Below, piece after piece: positions 20,442-30,345 of a stretch of 39,946 bases of DNA. Below the pieces are notes generated by a model that made no database searches, had not been told where the DNA came from, and saw nothing but the letters and a program-made list of their open reading frames with translations. The stretch is from positions 1 to 39,946 of the forward strand of contig JABUUA010000002.1 of NCBI GenBank assembly GCA_021443405.1, given 5' to 3'. Both the position numbers and the translations under genes were made by a program. Within the stretch, counting starts at the first letter, position 1, and every line of letters starts with the position of its first letter. Source of the stretch: Bacteroidaceae bacterium. Lineage in GTDB: Bacteria > Bacteroidota > Bacteroidia > Bacteroidales > Bacteroidaceae.

Positions 20442-21269
20442 TTACTTCTTGTTTGCTCTCTCGATAATGTACTTGTTCGACTGCTTCTTAGGAGCACGAG
20501 TCTTGAGACCCTTAGCGTACAAGCCCTTGCGTGAACGGGGATGACCACCACTCTGACGGCCTTCACCACCACCCATGGGATGATCGTGGGGATTCATGAC
20601 AACACCACGGTTGTGAGGACGACGGCCCAACCAACGGCTGCGACCTGCCTTACCTGAACTCTCCAATGCGTGGTCTGAGTTGCCAACAGAACCAACAGTA
20701 GCCTTGCAAGCACTGAGAATCTGACGGGTTTCACCCGAAGGCAACTTGATGACGCAATAGCGACCCTCGCGAGAAGTCAACTGAGCGAAATTACCAGCGG
20801 AACGAACGAGCAACGCGCCCTGACCGGGACGGAGCTCAATGTTGTGGATTACAGTACCCACGGGGATGTTCTGCAAGGGCAGAGCATTACCCACCTCGGG
20901 AGCTGCTTCAGCACCACTCATCACAGTGGCACCCACCTTCAGACCGTTGGGAGCAATAATATAACGTTTCTCACCATCAGCGTAAAACAGCAGAGCGATT
21001 CTAGCCGAACGGTTAGGATCATACTCGATGGTTTTAACAACTGCTGGAACACCATCTTTCTCTCTACGGAAATCGATGAAGCGGAACTTTCTCTTGTGAC
21101 CGCCACCGATATAGCGCATAGTCATCTTGCCGACGTTGTTACGACCGCCAGATGAGCGCTTACCGCATACGAGAGACTTCTCAGGTACTGATGCAGTAAT
21201 CTCTTCGAAAGTACCTATAATCTTGTGTCTCTGGCCCGGTGTTGTGGGCTTAAATTTACGTACTGCCAT
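20442..21269 (-). CDS. rplB: 50S ribosomal protein L2.
   Basis: [15 protein letters not shown]...[23 protein letters not shown]. Confidence 0.97.
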   Translation of the reverse strand: MAVRKFKPTTPGQRHKIIGTFEEITASVPEKSLVCGKRSSGGRNNVGKMTMRYIGGGHKRKFRFIDFRREKDGVPAVVKTIEYDPNRSARIALLFYADGEKRYIIAPNGLKVGATVMSGAEAAPEVGNALPLQNIPVGTVIHNIELRPGQGALLVRSAGNFAQLTSREGRYCVIKLPSGETRQILSACKATVGSVGNSDHALESSGKAGRSRWLGRRPHNRGVVMNPHDHPMGGGEGRQSGGHPRSRKGLYAKGLKTRAPKKQSNKYIIERANKK

Positions 21270-21275
21270 CTTTTA

Positions 21276-21566
21276 TTAAATATTGCTATAGAAATCGATT
21301 GACTCGCCCTCCTTAAGAGTGACGATTGCCTTCTTAAAGGCATTGGTGCGGCCCTTGATGAGACCAGCCTTGGTGTAACGGGTCTTATTCTTACCGGCAT
21401 ACACACAAGTGTTGACAGCGACTACGTTCACATTGTAACGTGCCTCTATCTCCTTCTTAATCTCAATCTTGTTAGCTGCAGGAAGAACAACGAAGCCGTA
21501 CTTGTTCTGCTTCTCCGTCAGCGAGGTCATTTTCTCGGTGACCAGGGGTTTAACTATAATAGACAT
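21276..21566 (-). CDS. rplW: 50S ribosomal protein L23.
   Basis: 96 aa: IIVKPLVTEKMTSLTE...YKKAIVTLKEG-like sequence. Operon position fits. Confidence 0.94.
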   Translation of the reverse strand: MSIIVKPLVTEKMTSLTEKQNKYGFVVLPAANKIEIKKEIEARYNVNVVAVNTCVYAGKNKTRYTKAGLIKGRTNAFKKAIVTLKEGESIDFYSNI

Positions 21567-21581
21567 ACTTGTTCTTTTCCT

Positions 21582-22211
21582 TTATTTAGTTAAATTTGCA
21601 TCAACAACCTCGAGAGCACCTTCAGTCATAACAAGAACATCTGCATTGAGCACCTTGTAGGTGTTCAGTGCAGCTGCGGCCATAACTTCAGCGCGCTCAA
21701 GATTTCGCGACGACAAATATACGACTTTATCTGCACCTGGCAAAACGACGAGCGCCTTCTTATCAGAAAGTTTAAGATTATTTAACATCTCGACGAACGA
21801 TTTTGTCTTAGGAGTCTCGAAAGTGAAGTTCTCAATTACCATCAGCGCATTCTCCTGAACCTTGTAAGCAAGAGCAGAACGGCGAGCCAGCTGGCGCACC
21901 TTTTTGTTCAGTTTGAAGCTGTAGTTACGAGGGCGGGGGCCAAATACGCGAGCACCACCAACCAATACAGGCGAGTTGATGTCACCGCGACGAGCACCGC
22001 CACCACCTTTCTGGCGACCGAGTTTACGGGTTGAGCCGCTCATCTCGCTTCTTTCCTTGGCCTTTGCAGTACCCTGACGCTGGTTAGCCATATAGAGCTT
22101 CACGTCAAGATAGATTGCATGGTCGTTGGGCTCGATGGCGTAGATAGCATCGTTCAGAGAAACCTTGCGACCGGTCTCCTGACCCTGAATATTTAATACA
22201 CTAACTTCCAT
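21582..22211 (-). CDS. rplD: 50S ribosomal protein L4.
   Basis: [33 protein letters not shown]...[15 protein letters not shown]. Confidence 0.96.
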   Translation of the reverse strand: MEVSVLNIQGQETGRKVSLNDAIYAIEPNDHAIYLDVKLYMANQRQGTAKAKERSEMSGSTRKLGRQKGGGGARRGDINSPVLVGGARVFGPRPRNYSFKLNKKVRQLARRSALAYKVQENALMVIENFTFETPKTKSFVEMLNNLKLSDKKALVVLPGADKVVYLSSRNLERAEVMAAAALNTYKVLNADVLVMTEGALEVVDANLTK

Positions 22212-22212
22212 T

Positions 22213-22827
22213 TTACTTTACAACGCTAACGATTGAACCTTTGAATCCGGGAACACTACCCTTGATAAGGAGCAAGTTGTGTTCGGGAATCACCTTTAAC
22301 ACCTGCAGGTTGTGCGTGGTAACACGCTCATCACCCATGTGACCACCCATGCGCATACCCTTAAACACCTTTGCAGGGTAAGAACAAGCACCGATAGAAC
22401 CGGGCTTACGCAGACGGTCGTCCTGACCATGAGTAGCCTGACCTACACCACCGAAACCATGGCGCTTAACAACGCCCTGGAAACCGCGGCCCTTTGAGGT
22501 TGCGATAACGTCTACATACGAGCAGTCGTTGAAAAGCTCCACAGTGATGGTCTCACCGAGAGTTACCTGCTCAAAACCTGTGAACTCGGCCAAGTGGCGC
22601 TTGGAAGTGGTTCCAGCCTTAGCGAAGTGGCCCTTCATAGGAGCAGTGGTATTCTTCTCCTTAGCCTCTTCGAAACCGAGCTGAACAGCTTCATAGCCGT
22701 CAGTCTCCACGGTCTTAATCTGAGTAACCACACAAGGACCCAATTCGATAACAGTGCATGGTATGTTCTTACCCTCGGCACTGAACACGGAAGTCATTCC
22801 GATTTTCTTTCCTAATAATCCTGGCAT
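22213..22827 (-). CDS. rplC: 50S ribosomal protein L3.
   Basis: [15 protein letters not shown]...[18 protein letters not shown]. Confidence 0.97.
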   Translation of the reverse strand: MPGLLGKKIGMTSVFSAEGKNIPCTVIELGPCVVTQIKTVETDGYEAVQLGFEEAKEKNTTAPMKGHFAKAGTTSKRHLAEFTGFEQVTLGETITVELFNDCSYVDVIATSKGRGFQGVVKRHGFGGVGQATHGQDDRLRKPGSIGACSYPAKVFKGMRMGGHMGDERVTTHNLQVLKVIPEHNLLLIKGSVPGFKGSIVSVVK

Positions 22828-22862
22828 TTCAGTTATTCTTTAAATAATAAAATTCAATCCAA

Positions 22863-23168
22863 TTAGACCTTAATCTCTACTTCTACACCGCTGGGCAACT
22901 CCAACTTCATCAGAGCGTCTACAGTCTTGGCGTTGCTGCTGTAGATGTCAACGAGGCGCTTGTAAGAGCTGAGCTCGAACTGCTCGCGTGACTTCTTGTT
23001 GACGAAGGTTGAACGGTTAACAGTGAAAATGCGCTTGTGAGTGGGAAGGGGGATGGGACCGCTAACGATAGCGCCGGTAGCCTTCACCGTCTTCACAATC
23101 TTCTCTGCTGACTTGTCGACCAAGTTGTGATCGTAAGATTTCAGCTTAATTCTGATTTTCTGACTCAT
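22863..23168 (-). CDS. rpsJ: 30S ribosomal protein S10.
   Basis: [25 protein letters not shown]...[14 protein letters not shown]. Confidence 0.97.
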   Translation of the reverse strand: MSQKIRIKLKSYDHNLVDKSAEKIVKTVKATGAIVSGPIPLPTHKRIFTVNRSTFVNKKSREQFELSSYKRLVDIYSSNAKTVDALMKLELPSGVEVEIKV

Positions 23169-23201
23169 TTTGTTTATTAATTTTTGATTGATTAATTGAA
23201 A

Positions 23202-23254
23202 GGAGGGAAGGTATGCCGCCTAAGAGTCGTTTGCTAGGACGACACCTTCCTTCC
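23202..23254 (-). promoter_or_regulatory. Nested stem-loop in the fusA-rpsJ spacer. Could be an attenuator, a processing site or a leader element.
   Basis: Outer arms GGAGGGAAGGT (23202-23212) and ACCTTCCTTCC (23244-23254), complementary at 10 of 11 positions. Inner stem GTCGT/ACGAC. On the minus-sense RNA it is followed by UUUCAAUU. Confidence 0.4.
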
Positions 23255-23272
23255 TCGTTTGTTTGTTTCGTA

Positions 23273-25390
23273 TTATACCAAATCTACGCGACCCTTAATC
23301 TCCTCCAACACAGTCTTGGCAATACCTGAGCTTACGGGAGCATGGTGATGGTAGGTCATTGAGCTGGTGGCACGACCTGAAGTGATGGTACGCAGAGCAG
23401 TTACATAACCGAACATCTCGGCCAGAGGAACCATTGCCTTTACAAGACGGGCACCGGTACGAGTGGTATCCATACCCTCAACCTGACCACGACGCTTGTT
23501 CAAGTCGCCGATAACATCACCCATATTCTCCTCGGGAGTAACAACCTCAAGGCGCATGATGGGCTCCATCAGCACGGGCTTGGCTTTTGCGCAGCAGGCC
23601 TTGTATGCCATCTGTGCAGCGAGTTCAAACGAAAGCTGGTCAGAGTCAACGGGGTGGAAGCTACCATCGAGCAGTTCAACCTTCATGCTGTCCATGGGGA
23701 AGCCGCCGAGAATACCATTCTTCATGGCAGCCTCAAAACCCTTCTGAACCGAGGGGATGAACTCCTTAGGAATGTTACCACCAGTTACCTGGTTGCTGAA
23801 CTGCAGACCTCCCTGAGTGAAGTCCTCGTCAACGGGACCTACATTCACGATGATGTCGGCGAACTTACCACGACCACCCGACTGCTTTTTATAAACTTCG
23901 CGGTGGTTAACAGTGGCAGTGATGGCCTCCTTATAGTTAACCTGGGGCTTACCCTGGTTACATTCTACCTTGAACTCACGCTTCAGACGGTCGATGATGA
24001 TATCAAGGTGAAGCTCACCCATACCGCTGATTACGGTCTGACCGCTCTGCTCGTCGGTCTTCACGGTGAAGGTGGGATCCTCCTCAGCCAGCTTGGCGAG
24101 ACCGTTCGACAACTTGTCGAGGTCCTTCTGAGTCTTGGGCTCAACAGCGATACCGATAACGGGATCGGGGAAGTCCATTGACTCCAGAACGATGGGTGCC
24201 TCCTCATCAGCGAGGGTATCACCCGTGTGGATATCCTTGAAACCAACGCCGGCACCAATGTCACCAGCACCAATCACCTCAACGGGATTCTGGTGGTTAG
24301 AGTGCATCTGGAACAGACGGCTCACGCGCTCTTTCTTACCTGAGCGTACGTTGTAGATGTAAGAACCAGCCTCTACCTTACCAGAGTAAACGCGGAAGAA
24401 GGTCAAACGACCTACATAGGGGTCGGTGGCGATCTTGAAAGCCAAGGCTGCCGTCTTCTCGTCCTCGCTGGGCTTGCGATCCTCTTCCTCACCCGTCTCA
24501 GGGTTAGTACCGATGATGTTAGGGGTATCCAGAGGAGAAGGCAAGAACATGCAGACGTAGTCAAGCAGTTTCTGCACGCCCTTGTTCTTGAACGAAGAAC
24601 CGCAGGTCATGGGCACGAGGTCAAGAGCCAGCGTACCCTTACGGATAGCAGCAACCAACTCGTCCTTGGTAATTGAATCGGGATCCTCGAAGAATTTCTC
24701 CATCAAGGCCTCGTCCTGCTCGGCAGCCTGCTCGATGAGCTTGTTACGCCACTCGTCGCACTCAGCGGCCATGTCAGCGGGGATATCCTCAACGCTGTAC
24801 TCAGCGCCCATGGTCTCGTCATGCCAGTAGATGGCCTTCATGTCGAGAAGGTCAACGATACCCTTGAAGTTTTCCTCGGCACCGATGGGCACAGCCACAA
24901 CGGCGGGGTTAGCACCCAGAACGTCCTTCATCTGGCGAACGACCTCAAAGAAGTCGGCTCCCGAGCGGTCCATCTTGTTTACGTAACCCATACGGGGAAC
25001 GTTGTACTTGTCAGCCTGACGCCATACCGTCTCAGACTGGGGCTCTACGCCACCCACTGCACAGTAGGCACCTACAGCACCGTCGAGCACACGTAACGAA
25101 CGCTCTACCTCTGCGGTAAAGTCAACGTGTCCCGGAGTATCAATCAGATTAAACTTATACTTGTTGCCATTCCAGTTCCAATAAGCGGTAGTAGCGGCAG
25201 AGGTGATGGTGATACCACGCTCCTGCTCCTGCGCCATCCAGTCCATGGTTGCACCACCTTCGTGCACCTCACCGATTTTGTGAGTCTTACCGGTGTAGAA
25301 CAGAATACGCTCTGACGTAGTGGTCTTACCGGCATCGATGTGAGCCATGATACCGAAGTTACGCGTCAAGTGAAGATCTTGTTTAGCCAT
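23273..25390 (-). CDS. fusA: Elongation factor G.
   Basis: 705 aa: [24 protein letters not shown]...DTPGHVDFT. Confidence 0.98.
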   Translation of the reverse strand: MAKQDLHLTRNFGIMAHIDAGKTTTSERILFYTGKTHKIGEVHEGGATMDWMAQEQERGITITSAATTAYWNWNGNKYKFNLIDTPGHVDFTAEVERSLRVLDGAVGAYCAVGGVEPQSETVWRQADKYNVPRMGYVNKMDRSGADFFEVVRQMKDVLGANPAVVAVPIGAEENFKGIVDLLDMKAIYWHDETMGAEYSVEDIPADMAAECDEWRNKLIEQAAEQDEALMEKFFEDPDSITKDELVAAIRKGTLALDLVPMTCGSSFKNKGVQKLLDYVCMFLPSPLDTPNIIGTNPETGEEEDRKPSEDEKTAALAFKIATDPYVGRLTFFRVYSGKVEAGSYIYNVRSGKKERVSRLFQMHSNHQNPVEVIGAGDIGAGVGFKDIHTGDTLADEEAPIVLESMDFPDPVIGIAVEPKTQKDLDKLSNGLAKLAEEDPTFTVKTDEQSGQTVISGMGELHLDIIIDRLKREFKVECNQGKPQVNYKEAITATVNHREVYKKQSGGRGKFADIIVNVGPVDEDFTQGGLQFSNQVTGGNIPKEFIPSVQKGFEAAMKNGILGGFPMDSMKVELLDGSFHPVDSDQLSFELAAQMAYKACCAKAKPVLMEPIMRLEVVTPEENMGDVIGDLNKRRGQVEGMDTTRTGARLVKAMVPLAEMFGYVTALRTITSGRATSSMTYHHHAPVSSGIAKTVLEEIKGRVDLV

Positions 25391-25412
25391 TTTGCTATAC
25401 CTTATTTATATA

Positions 25413-25889
25413 TTAGAATCGGAAGTGAGCGAATGCACGGTTAGCCTCGGCCATGCGGTGCATGTCTTCCTTACGCTTGAAGGCACCACCCTGCTCGTTG
25501 TAGGCATCCATAATCTCAGCGGCCAGCTTGTCAGCCATCGTCTTACCACCGCGCTTGCGAGCGAACTGAATCATATTCTTCATTGAGATAGATTCCTTGC
25601 GGTCGGGACGGATTTCCGTGGGCACCTGGAAAGTGGCGCCACCGATACGGCGGCTCTTCACCTCCACCAGAGGAGTAATCTTATCGAGGGCTTCCTTCCA
25701 AATAGTCAGGCTGTCCTTCTCCTCGTTGGCCATCTTATTCTTTACAATCTCAAGAGCTTTGTAGAAAATCTCGTATGAGACAGACTTCTTACCATCGTAC
25801 ATCAGATGGTTAACGAACTTCGACACCTTCACATCACCGAATACGGGATCGGGAAGGATGATACGCTTTTTTGGTTTTGCTTTACGCAT
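25413..25889 (-). CDS. rpsG: 30S ribosomal protein S7.
   Basis: I place the start at [19 protein letters not shown] (ATG at 25889). The 15 upstream codons of the track ORF are not S7-like. Confidence 0.95.
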   Translation of the reverse strand: MRKAKPKKRIILPDPVFGDVKVSKFVNHLMYDGKKSVSYEIFYKALEIVKNKMANEEKDSLTIWKEALDKITPLVEVKSRRIGGATFQVPTEIRPDRKESISMKNMIQFARKRGGKTMADKLAAEIMDAYNEQGGAFKRKEDMHRMAEANRAFAHFRF

Positions 25890-25998
25890 TGTTGTGTTGT
25901 TTTGTGTTTTGGGGCTGCATTCTCGCGTCTTCAACTCTCCCTCTGGAGTGTTTACTCAACCTTAGTTTACAACCAAAACGAATTAATTCCTTTGTTTA

Positions 25999-26379
25999 TT
26001 ACTTTTTGGCCTTGGGGCGCTTAGCACCGTACTTCGAACGACGCTGTGTGCGGTTGGCAACACCAGCGGTATCCAGCGTACCACGAACGATGTGGTAACG
26101 TACACCGGGCAGGTCCTTTACACGACCACCACGTACGAGCACGATTGAGTGCTCCTGCAGGTTGTGACCCTCTCCGGGGATGTAGCTGTTGACTTCCTTA
26201 CCATTAGTTAAACGAACACGGGCTACCTTACGCATAGCCGAGTTAGGCTTCTTAGGTGTGGTAGTGTACACGCGCACGCACACGCCACGACGCTGGGGGC
26301 AGCTGTCGAGAGCGGGGCTCTTGCTCTTGTCTACCAACACGGTACGGCCTTTTCTTACCAATTGTTGAATTGTAGGCAT
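25999..26379 (-). CDS. rpsL: 30S ribosomal protein S12.
   Basis: [12 protein letters not shown]...[20 protein letters not shown]...[19 protein letters not shown]. Confidence 0.98.
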   Translation of the reverse strand: MPTIQQLVRKGRTVLVDKSKSPALDSCPQRRGVCVRVYTTTPKKPNSAMRKVARVRLTNGKEVNSYIPGEGHNLQEHSIVLVRGGRVKDLPGVRYHIVRGTLDTAGVANRTQRRSKYGAKRPKAKK

Positions 26380-26460
26380 TTTGTTGTTTTTTAATTATTA
26401 TATTGTTTATACTTTGTTGCTTTTACTACGTAAACGGACATACTAAGCCCATTCGGACTG

Positions 26461-26468
26461 CAAAGGTA
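26461..26468 (-). promoter_or_regulatory. Candidate -7 box for the rpsL superoperon.
   Basis: The minus strand reads TACCTTTG (TAnnTTTG), 82 nt upstream of the rpsL ATG. I could find no TTTG -33 element at the expected spacing. Confidence 0.3.
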
Positions 26469-26970
26469 CAAAAAATATTCCGTTCCACCACGCGTTCCGA
26501 GCCACAATCTTGCTATGGTGCCCTGACTTTTCTGAAAGTTTAACTATATTTAACGATTCTCGTGCGTCAAGTTAAGATATCATAAAGTAAAGGCAAGTTA
26601 AAGGCAAAAGTCGTGAAGAACGCGACTTGCTTTCATTTTTTTAGTAACTTTGCATCGTCAATTGCTGGCGCGCATATCGCAATGCGGGTTTGCAGAGACG
26701 CATACATATAAAAGGCGTTCTAAGACGCTTGACTTCCTTAAAACGAGAATGTCGCAACCTCTCAAGTATATCCTGGAAGTGAAGCAACTAAGGATGTCCC
26801 TTGGGGTGTATTTACATACATCCCACTTTTGGCTAACTATTGTAGGCGGTCTGAAGTGGATGTTGTACATACATGTCGTGGGGTGTCGCGTTGCTCGTTT
26901 CAGGTATATAGGGCAATGCGACAGCCTTCGTTTTATGAAGCGGGTGACAAAGATGGCTCCACGACTCTTT

Positions 26971-27001
26971 TTTGTATGCTTTCCTTACGTTATTAACCTT
27001 G
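26971..27001 (+). promoter_or_regulatory. Near-consensus promoter candidate for the lipid cluster.
   Basis: TTTG (26971-26974)-N19-TAACCTTG (26994-27001), with one mismatch in the -7 box, about 40 nt upstream of the ATG at 27041. An exact TAACTTTG lies at 26645-26652 but has no -33 element. Confidence 0.3.
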
Positions 27002-27040
27002 CATTTGGAGCAGTGCAGCAAACATTATAAGATAGAAGCT

Positions 27041-28378
27041 ATGCATGCGTTGTTCAGAAAGAATTGGGTACAGATAGTTAATACAATTCTTGGCTTGCGA
27101 TTATTATTGTATATGTCATTGTTAGTCTTAAACATGATTCCTTCTGTAAAATTACCATGGCAGACACATCCTTTTCCTTTGCAAAGTTTCTTTTATCACA
27201 CCGAATTCCTAATCAGTTATAGAGGAGGGTATGTAAGGAGAGGTTTGCTGGGAGAATTGCTTTACTTACTTGCAACAAAATTAAACGTTGATATTCAATA
27301 TGTCATTGTCGCGCTTATCTGGGTTGCGTTCCTTGGCTTTGGGTATATCTTTTACCGTTTGTTGCGCAAAAACAGCGTAAGTTGGTGGATAATACCACTT
27401 AGTTATACTTTCTTTGGTGCAGACTTTATTCGCAAGGACTATTTGTGCATGCTCTTTGTTGTATCCATTATATATTTACTGAACAAGGACAGTCTAAATC
27501 GGTGGGCCAAATACATAATGATATGTATTTTATCAGTCGTTCTCTATAATCTGCATGAGGCATTCTTTTTTGTCATAGGTCCTTTCACGGCGTATTATTT
27601 GCTGTTCAAGGATAAAACCTTTGCTTCTTTGGGCGCCCGACTACTATTACAAATACCACTATGGGCCAGTTTTCTCATCCTCCTTGAGCATCATGGTGAT
27701 ATTTCAACAGCATTAGCAATACAGAATTCTTGGCACGAATTGTACCCAAAGCAGATACCATTTATTACCGAGGCAGCATGTGAAATGACATCTCCTCTAT
27801 CGAATTCAATAACTGCACTGGGGTGGGATACGTTTGAAACCCTTACGACACATCTTACAAGAACCTATTTGCACAATGATGGGTATCTGGCAATACCAGA
27901 ACCCCCAGGGTACCTGATAATGCCGATATTCTATTTGTTGATGATGTTCTTATATAGTTATAGCCCATACGTATTCAACGCAAACCAGAAATTATGTAAC
28001 CAACGGAACATTGCATCATTCTTGCTTATTGTTCTTTTTATATTCGCGTCTATGCTTCCCCTTTACTGCGGACTTTCATGTGACACCCAACGTCTTTGTA
28101 TGTATTGGTCTATGACTTCCTTGTCTATCTTATTTATAATGGGACAGGAGAAAGTTGGCGAGATGTTTCCGTCTACACTAAAAAGATTCTCCGAGAAGGT
28201 CGTAGTTGGGATGAACAATATCGTAAAACATCCTAAAGCTGCATGCATATTTATTATGTTATTTGTTGGAGCTCCAGTATGCACATATACCCTCCAACAA
28301 TTCTTTTCCCAAAGTGCATTTGCTTCATTTTTTTACCTTCCTTATGTATGGCTTAGGGATGGCACGAACTTGCTTTAA
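27041..28378 (+). CDS. Orphan polytopic inner-membrane protein with roughly 10 or more hydrophobic spans. Function unknown.
   Basis: The first in-frame ATG is at 27041 (MHALFRKNW...). The track start at 26972 is a TTG. Many hydrophobic segments. Motif YRGGYVRRGLLGE after the first span. Much more AT-rich than downstream genes (about 30% GC in one sampled 60-nt line against about 68% in sampled lines of the UbiA and CDP-alcohol transferase genes). Separated from the UbiA gene by 21 nt. Confidence 0.7.
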   Translation: MHALFRKNWVQIVNTILGLRLLLYMSLLVLNMIPSVKLPWQTHPFPLQSFFYHTEFLISYRGGYVRRGLLGELLYLLATKLNVDIQYVIVALIWVAFLGFGYIFYRLLRKNSVSWWIIPLSYTFFGADFIRKDYLCMLFVVSIIYLLNKDSLNRWAKYIMICILSVVLYNLHEAFFFVIGPFTAYYLLFKDKTFASLGARLLLQIPLWASFLILLEHHGDISTALAIQNSWHELYPKQIPFITEAACEMTSPLSNSITALGWDTFETLTTHLTRTYLHNDGYLAIPEPPGYLIMPIFYLLMMFLYSYSPYVFNANQKLCNQRNIASFLLIVLFIFASMLPLYCGLSCDTQRLCMYWSMTSLSILFIMGQEKVGEMFPSTLKRFSEKVVVGMNNIVKHPKAACIFIMLFVGAPVCTYTLQQFFSQSAFASFFYLPYVWLRDGTNLL

Positions 28379-28399
28379 TATGAACTGTACAGATTCCTC

Positions 28400-29278
28400 A
28401 TGAAGAACTTGTTACAATTACTCCGCCCCCATCAATGGGTGAAGAACGTATTTGTCTTTCTGCCTTTATTCTTCAACGGTCAGTTTGGCAACGTTCGGCT
28501 GCTCGTGCAGTGCGGGTGGGCATTTATGGCCTACTGCTGTGCGGCAAGCGCGATATATTGTTTCAATGACATTTGGGACGTGGAGGCAGACCGGAAGCAT
28601 TACAAGAAGTGCTTGCGGCCCATCGCCTCTGGCGCTGTCAGCAAGACGTCGGCTTATGTGCTTATGGGCTTTATGATTCTGCTGGCCGTAGGGATCGCAA
28701 CGATGTTGTGCGGGACAGGCAGATGGTGGGTGCTGGCCGTCGTTCTGTTCTATTTCTGTTTGAACATTGCCTATTGCGTATGGTTGAAGCGCATTGCGCT
28801 CATCGACGTTTTTGTGATTGCGCTTGGTTTTGTGCTGCGAGTGATAACTGGTGGTGTGGCAACGGGCGTGTGGCTTTCTCATTGGATTCTGATTATGACT
28901 TTTTTGCTCGCGCTATTCCTTGCCTTTGCAAAGCGCCGCGACGATGTGGTGCTTTACGAAGAATCGGGAGTGCTGGCACGCAACAACATCGCTCGCTACA
29001 ATCTGAGCTTCATGAATCAAGCCATAACAATTGTCGCCACCATATCGTTGGTCGCCTACATCATGTACACCATCTCGCCGGAGGTCGTGCAACGGTTCGA
29101 CTCACCGTTCGTTTATTCCACGTCCATCTTTGTGCTGTTGGGCATACTGCGTTTCCTGCAACTTACGATAGTGGACTTGCGCAGCGGCTCGCCCACGAAA
29201 GTGTTGCTCAGCGACCGCTTCCTGCAATGTTGCATCATAGGATGGGTGCTTACCTTCATCCTTATTATATATGTATGA
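28400..29278 (+). CDS. UbiA-family prenyltransferase of the decaprenyl-phosphate 5-phosphoribosyltransferase (DPPR synthase, Rv3806c-like) type.
   Basis: N-terminus LRPHQWVKNVFVFLPLFF. Asp-rich motif NDIWDVEADRKH followed by RPIASG. About 8 hydrophobic spans. C-terminal SPTKVLLSDRFLQ. The family assignment is from remembered motifs, not from a search. Confidence 0.8.
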   Translation: MKNLLQLLRPHQWVKNVFVFLPLFFNGQFGNVRLLVQCGWAFMAYCCAASAIYCFNDIWDVEADRKHYKKCLRPIASGAVSKTSAYVLMGFMILLAVGIATMLCGTGRWWVLAVVLFYFCLNIAYCVWLKRIALIDVFVIALGFVLRVITGGVATGVWLSHWILIMTFLLALFLAFAKRRDDVVLYEESGVLARNNIARYNLSFMNQAITIVATISLVAYIMYTISPEVVQRFDSPFVYSTSIFVLLGILRFLQLTIVDLRSGSPTKVLLSDRFLQCCIIGWVLTFILIIYV

Positions 29279-29288
29279 GGAGTTGTTT

Positions 29289-29891
29289 ATGAAGAACAGC
29301 AAAACGGTGTGCGCATTCGACTTCGACGGGACATTGACCACCAAAGATACGCTGCTGGAGTTTATCCGATACGCAAAAGGAAATCTATCCTTTGTGGTGG
29401 GATTCTCGCTGTTCACGCCCTTGTTCATACTGATGAAACTCAACGTGATGCCCAACTGGAAGGTGAAGCAATGGTTGTTTTCGTGGTATTTCAAGGGGAT
29501 GCGACTGGATGATTTTAACGACGTGTGCAAACGATTTGCGCTGGACAAGAGCTCACTGCTGCGCCCTTGCGGCATGCAGTGTGTAACGAAGGCCATCGAC
29601 ACAGGGGCGGCCGTCGTGATAGTGTCGGCCAGCATCGACAACTGGGTGACACCCTTCTTCAAAGGCTTGCCCGTTGCTGTGTGCGGAACGAGCGTAGAAG
29701 TGGCCGACGGCCGATTGACAGGACGCTTTTCGTCGCCCAACTGCTACGGCGAGGAGAAAGTGCGACGACTGCTTGCGCTACATCCCGACCGCACGTCTTA
29801 TGGGTTGATTGCCTATGGGGATAGCGATGGCGACAAGGCACTTTTATCATTTGCAGACGAAGTATATTACAAACCGTTTCGGTCATGTTGA
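29289..29891 (+). CDS. HAD-IB superfamily phosphatase.
   Basis: Nucleophile motif CAFDFDGTLT. Also VVIVSAS and YGDSDGDKALL. An alternative ATG at 29271 would overlap the UbiA stop by 8 nt. The 3' end overlaps the next gene (ATGTTGA). Confidence 0.8.
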   Translation: MKNSKTVCAFDFDGTLTTKDTLLEFIRYAKGNLSFVVGFSLFTPLFILMKLNVMPNWKVKQWLFSWYFKGMRLDDFNDVCKRFALDKSSLLRPCGMQCVTKAIDTGAAVVIVSASIDNWVTPFFKGLPVAVCGTSVEVADGRLTGRFSSPNCYGEEKVRRLLALHPDRTSYGLIAYGDSDGDKALLSFADEVYYKPFRSC

Positions 29892-30238
29892 AGTATATTA
29901 TAGCACTTATCAGTATTTTGTTGGGGTCTATGGCCCAATACTTCTTGAAAGTAGGCATGTCCCACCTGCCGCAGAGCGTTTCCTTATCCGATAAAGCACT
30001 CTATGCACTCACGTCATTAGACGTATGGATAGGGCTGGCATGCTACGGGTTGAGCATGTTGTTTTGGTTGTATGTGCTTTCCCTGATGGAGTTAAGCAAG
30101 GCATATCCGCTTGTGAGTTTGGGTTATGTGTTCACACTCGCCATCGGCTATTATCTCTTGCACGAACCTGTCAACGTCTGGCGACTAGTGGGCATCGGCT
30201 TGATAGTAGCAGGCGTTTGTTTTATTGCAAAGTCGTAA
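29885..30238 (+). CDS. Small four-helix DMT/SMR-type membrane protein resembling ArnE/ArnF undecaprenyl-phosphate-sugar flippase subunits.
   Basis: 117 aa. Contains SMAQYFLKVG, LSKAYPLVSLGYVF and LLHEPVNVWRLVGIGLIVAGV. From memory, these parallel E. coli ArnE AYPMLSL and LWHEPVS. Confidence 0.65.
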   Translation: MLKYIIALISILLGSMAQYFLKVGMSHLPQSVSLSDKALYALTSLDVWIGLACYGLSMLFWLYVLSLMELSKAYPLVSLGYVFTLAIGYYLLHEPVNVWRLVGIGLIVAGVCFIAKS

Positions 30239-30345
30239 TGCCCCATCGACCTTTAGAACACAAAACGAATCATCGCGCACTTTTCGTCCAACGGCAGAGA
30301 GAGCGTCTCCCACACAAGGCGACGCAGTAAATTTCGGTACAAACT

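Noticed and set aside
23213-23329. 38-codon plus-strand mini-ORF preceded by a perfect AAGGAGG-N6-ATG.
   Set aside because: The SD-like sequence is simply the complement of the anti-SD-like arm of the minus-strand hairpin. The ORF is antisense to the fusA 3' end. No exact plus-strand promoter lies upstream, and Bacteroidota rarely use SD sequences. It is worth a glance only if antisense transcription is seen.
25890-25934. N-terminal extensions of track ORFs: rpsG here, map 12536-12565, DUF5686-type gene 36826-36867, nagA 38217-38288, glmM 39697-39747, the polytopic protein 26972-27040 and the CDP-alcohol transferase 31289-31342.
   Set aside because: In each case an internal ATG restores the canonical family N-terminus, removes an overlap with the neighbouring gene, or lies behind a promoter box located inside the extension. 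Some extended starts are TTG or GTG.
26650-27030. 126-aa plus-strand ORF in the rpsL / lipid-cluster intergenic region.
   Set aside because: It has a TTG start and a Trp/Cys/His/Arg-rich sequence with no motifs. It overlaps the likely promoter and the start of the next gene. I treat the region as non-coding.
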